In this document: piece after piece, positions 61,397 through 64,000 of the stretch
Layout: each line of letters begins with the position of its first letter
Position numbering within the stretch: the first letter of the stretch is position 1
Origin: an uncultured Actinomycetes bacterium
GTDB lineage: Bacteria; Actinomycetota; UBA4738; HRBIN12
DNA length: 64,000 nt
Direction of reading: 5' to 3'
NCBI GenBank assembly: GCA_963778545.1
Contig: CAVZUW010000012.1
Span: 192,194-256,193 of the forward strand
Notes under the pieces: generated by a model
Told to the model about the DNA's origin: nothing
The model's input: only the letters and a program-made list of their open reading frames with translations
The model's database searches: none
Made by a program: the position numbers and the translations under genes

Positions 61397-62305
61397 GTGG
61401 ACCTGGCGCTGCGGGGCAAGCGGCGGGATCTCGGCTCGGTCGTGTTCAAGGTCGGGCTGCTGGGCACGCTGCTGCTCGCGCTCGCGATCCTGGTGATCCT
61501 GCTGGTCTCGACGCTCGTCACCGCGTGGCCGGTCCTGTCGACCCGCGGCTGGGAGTTCGTGACCAGCGATACCTCCAGCCTGCCCCAACGCGCGGGAGTG
61601 TGGCAGGGCCTGGTGGGGTCACTGATCCTGGTGGGGTTCGTCGCGTGCATCGCGCTCCCGATCGGGATCGCCGCGGCGGTCTACCTCCAGGAGTACTCGC
61701 GGGACACTCGCCTGAACCGCCTCCTGATCTCGAACATCCGCAATCTCGGCGGCGTTCCGTCCGTGGTCTACGGGATCCTGGGCCTCGTGGTGTTCGTGCA
61801 GGCGCTCCGCGCGATCACCGGCCCCGAGAGCTCCGGGAAGAGCTACATCTCGGGCGGCCTGACGCTCGCGGTCCTGGTGATGCCCATCGTGATCCTGATC
61901 ACGATGGAGGCGCTCCGCGCAGTCCCCCGCGGGATCCGCGAGGGCGCGTACGGGGTCGGCGCGACGCGATGGGAGGTCGTTCGGAGCCACGTGCTCCCGT
62001 ACGCGGCGCCGGGGATCTTCACCGGCGCGATCCTCTCGCTCGCGCGGGCGTTCGGCGAGACGGCCCCACTGCTGCTCGTGGGCGCCGTCATGGGCTACAT
62101 CTCGACCCCGACCGGACGCACGCCGGTCGAGATCCTGCAGGGTCCCTACACTGCCTTGCCGACGCAGATCTTCGCCTGGGCCAAGCTGCCCGCGGGGGAC
62201 TGGGAGGCGAACACGGCCGCGGCCATCATCGTCCTCCTGGTCGCGATCCTCGTGGTGAACTTCGCCGCCATCGTGCTGAGGAACCGCTATGAGCGAACCT
62301 GGTGA
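61397..62305 (+). CDS. pstA: phosphate ABC transporter permease PstA
   Basis: [28 protein letters not shown] loop and 6 TM helices. An ATG at 61360 overlapping the pstC stop lies in another frame, so the true 5' end may need a frame repair. Confidence 0.88.
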   Translation: MDLALRGKRRDLGSVVFKVGLLGTLLLALAILVILLVSTLVTAWPVLSTRGWEFVTSDTSSLPQRAGVWQGLVGSLILVGFVACIALPIGIAAAVYLQEYSRDTRLNRLLISNIRNLGGVPSVVYGILGLVVFVQALRAITGPESSGKSYISGGLTLAVLVMPIVILITMEALRAVPRGIREGAYGVGATRWEVVRSHVLPYAAPGIFTGAILSLARAFGETAPLLLVGAVMGYISTPTGRTPVEILQGPYTALPTQIFAWAKLPAGDWEANTAAAIIVLLVAILVVNFAAIVLRNRYERTW

Positions 62306-63218
62306 TCGGATGGAGACGACCGACATGACCGACGTCTCCCGTACCGAAGGGACCGACCAGAAGCCGACCGACCGGGACGGTGAGCGGAGCCCGGTCTCGG
62401 TCCGCTTCGACCGGGAGGCCCGGGTGACCGAGGCGGAACCCGAGGTCGTGTTCGACGTGCGGGACCTCTCCGTCTACTACGGGGACTTCCGGGCCGTCCG
62501 TGACGTGACGCTGCCGATCTACCGCAACCAGATCACGGCGCTGATCGGACCGTCCGGCTGCGGGAAGACGACGTTCATCCGCTGCCTGAACCGGATGAAC
62601 GACCTGATCGAGGGTGCGCGGGTCGAGGGGACGCTCCTGTACCACGGTGTGGACCTGTACGACGATCAGGTCGACCCGGTGGAGGTCCGCCGGCGGATCG
62701 GCATGGTGTTCCAGAAGCCGAACCCGTTCCCCAAGTCGATCTACGAGAACATCGCGTTCGGGCCCAAGATCGCCGGCTACAAGGGGAACATGGACGAGCT
62801 CGTCGAGGAATCCCTCCGGCGCGCTGCGCTGTGGGACGAGGTCAAGGACAAGCTCAAGGAGTCCGGGCTGGCGCTGTCGGGCGGGCAGCAGCAGCGCCTG
62901 TGCATCGCCCGGGCGATCGCCACCCGACCCGACGTGATCCTGATGGACGAGCCGTGTTCGGCGTTGGATCCGATCGCGACGCAGCGGATCGAGGACCTGA
63001 TGCAGGAGCTGCTCAGCGAGTACACGATCGTGATCGTCACGCACAACATGCAGCAGGCCGCTCGCGTGTCCGATCGCACGGCCTTCTTCACGGTCGAGTT
63101 GGTCGAGGAGTCCGGGCACCGGACCGGCACGATCGTCGAGTACGACCAGACCGAGACGATCTTCACGAACCCGAGCGATCCCCGGACCGAGGACTACGTC
63201 ACGGGGAGGTTCGGATGA
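62289..63218 (+). CDS. pstB: phosphate ABC transporter ATP-binding protein PstB
   Basis: GPSGCGKTT Walker [15 protein letters not shown] signature, [11 protein letters not shown] Walker B, and about 50 aa of N-terminal extension. Confidence 0.95.
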   Translation: MSEPGDRMETTDMTDVSRTEGTDQKPTDRDGERSPVSVRFDREARVTEAEPEVVFDVRDLSVYYGDFRAVRDVTLPIYRNQITALIGPSGCGKTTFIRCLNRMNDLIEGARVEGTLLYHGVDLYDDQVDPVEVRRRIGMVFQKPNPFPKSIYENIAFGPKIAGYKGNMDELVEESLRRAALWDEVKDKLKESGLALSGGQQQRLCIARAIATRPDVILMDEPCSALDPIATQRIEDLMQELLSEYTIVIVTHNMQQAARVSDRTAFFTVELVEESGHRTGTIVEYDQTETIFTNPSDPRTEDYVTGRFG

Positions 63219-63907
63219 CCCGACCGCACTTCCACGAGGAGCTCGAGAAGATGGAGCTCCGGTTGCTGACGCTCGGCGAGCTCGCCGGCAACGCGGTCCA
63301 GCGCGCCGTCGAGGCCGTCATCGAGCACGACGACGATACGGCCGAGGGCGTGGTGGCCGGCGACGACGAGATCGACGCGATCTACCTCGAGCTCGACCAG
63401 GGGATGCTGTCGCTCCTGGCGCTGCAGGCGCCGGTCGCCGCCGACCTGCGGTTGGTCTCGGTGATCATGCACTCGAGCCTGCACCTGGAGCGCATCGGGG
63501 ATCAGGCGGTGAACGTCGCGAAGATGTACCAGGTGACCCGGGACCTGCCGAGCAACCCCACGATCGTCCAGCAGATCGGCGAGATGGGCCACATCGTGGT
63601 CGAGATGGTGCGCGTCGCGATGGACGCCCTGCGGCGTCGCGACCTCGAGCTCTGCATGAAGCTGCCGAGGATGGACGACCCCGTCGACCGGCTCAACCGC
63701 AACATGCACTTCGAGGTCGCCAAGCTCGCCGACGACCCGAAGGCGCTCGAGTGGGGGATGCACATGAACCTGGCGGCGCGCGCCCTCGAACGCGTGGGCG
63801 ACAACGCCGTAGACATCGGTGAGCAGGTGTCGTTCCTGGTCTCGGGCGAGTTCCGCGAGTTCACGGACGCGTCGCATCCCGGTGACGACGACCCACATGC
63901 GGGCTGA
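63215..63907 (+). CDS. phoU: phosphate signalling regulator PhoU
   Basis: Two PhoU repeats ([11 protein letters not shown]..., [12 protein letters not shown] / [12 protein letters not shown]). ATGA overlap with pstB. Confidence 0.95.
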   Translation: MTRPHFHEELEKMELRLLTLGELAGNAVQRAVEAVIEHDDDTAEGVVAGDDEIDAIYLELDQGMLSLLALQAPVAADLRLVSVIMHSSLHLERIGDQAVNVAKMYQVTRDLPSNPTIVQQIGEMGHIVVEMVRVAMDALRRRDLELCMKLPRMDDPVDRLNRNMHFEVAKLADDPKALEWGMHMNLAARALERVGDNAVDIGEQVSFLVSGEFREFTDASHPGDDDPHAG

Positions 63908-64000
63908 GGGCGCCCGGATCCTCGTGGTGGAGGACGAGGAGTCCCTCGCGGACTCGGTCCGCTACAACCTCGAGCGCGAGGGGTACGCGGTCTCCGTGGC
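63897..64000 (+). CDS. OmpR-family response regulator (RegX3/PhoP-like), 3' end off window
   Basis: [34 protein letters not shown] receiver N-terminus. Overlaps the phoU end by 11 nt. Confidence 0.8.
   Translation, partial: MRAEGARILVVEDEESLADSVRYNLEREGYAVSV

Overview
High-GC (roughly 70%) chromosomal window, almost certainly Actinomycetota. All calls come from reading the supplied translations and the DNA by eye; no searches were run.

Layout:
(1) 1-14.4 kb is conserved core. It runs mfd, a PpiC-type lipoprotein, mazG, eno, an ftsB-like gene, DUF501 and ppx, in the same order as M. tuberculosis Rv1020-Rv1026. That order is broken here by a ClpC/ClpB-hybrid AAA+ gene and an S1-domain gene. 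A DivIVA-domain gene, a membrane-anchored cyclophilin and tRNA-Leu(UAA) follow.
(2) 14.4-32.3 kb is accessory and secreted content. It holds a GT1 glycosyltransferase, a cupredoxin, an M23 peptidase, a phospholipase-C-type phosphoesterase and a sulfatase. Next is an ECF sigma factor with a membrane-tethering extension. Then come three tandem paralogous genes for Sec-signal proteins carrying RTX-type Ca-binding nonapeptide arrays. The block ends with a DUF2233-like glycosidase, a PD40 propeller with an RTX tail, and PhyH.
(3) 32.3-40.7 kb holds ppiA, an ArsR/SRPBCC pair, a DUF255 thioredoxin-domain protein, three tandem orphan LuxR-type response regulators and a polytopic membrane protein.
(4) 40.9-48.4 kb is a Gram-positive-type Tad/Flp pilus locus: 2x flp, tadE, a tadG-like gene, cpaB, tadZ, cpaF, tadB and tadC.
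(5) 48.4-57.9 kb holds pheA, a PQQ-like propeller, a rhomboid protease, a thioredoxin-fold lipoprotein, a DUF362/prenyltransferase-like pair, an ECF sigma-ogt operon and the phosphomutase/DUF3090/SCO1664 trio.
(6) 57.9-64 kb is a Pho block. A SenX3-like kinase sits divergent from pstSCAB-phoU and a regX3-like regulator, with GTTCAC direct repeats in the shared intergenic region.

The best candidate for an undescribed system is the sigma-linked trio of Sec-exported RTX-like proteins. One of them sits behind a GGAACC-N16-CGTC promoter-like motif that resembles the sigma gene's own upstream motif.

A window-wide caveat and finding: more than 35 reading-frame breaks are visible. They are biased toward single-base insertions, often in short G or C runs, and are very unevenly distributed. 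Many genes therefore need frame repair before they can be interpreted.
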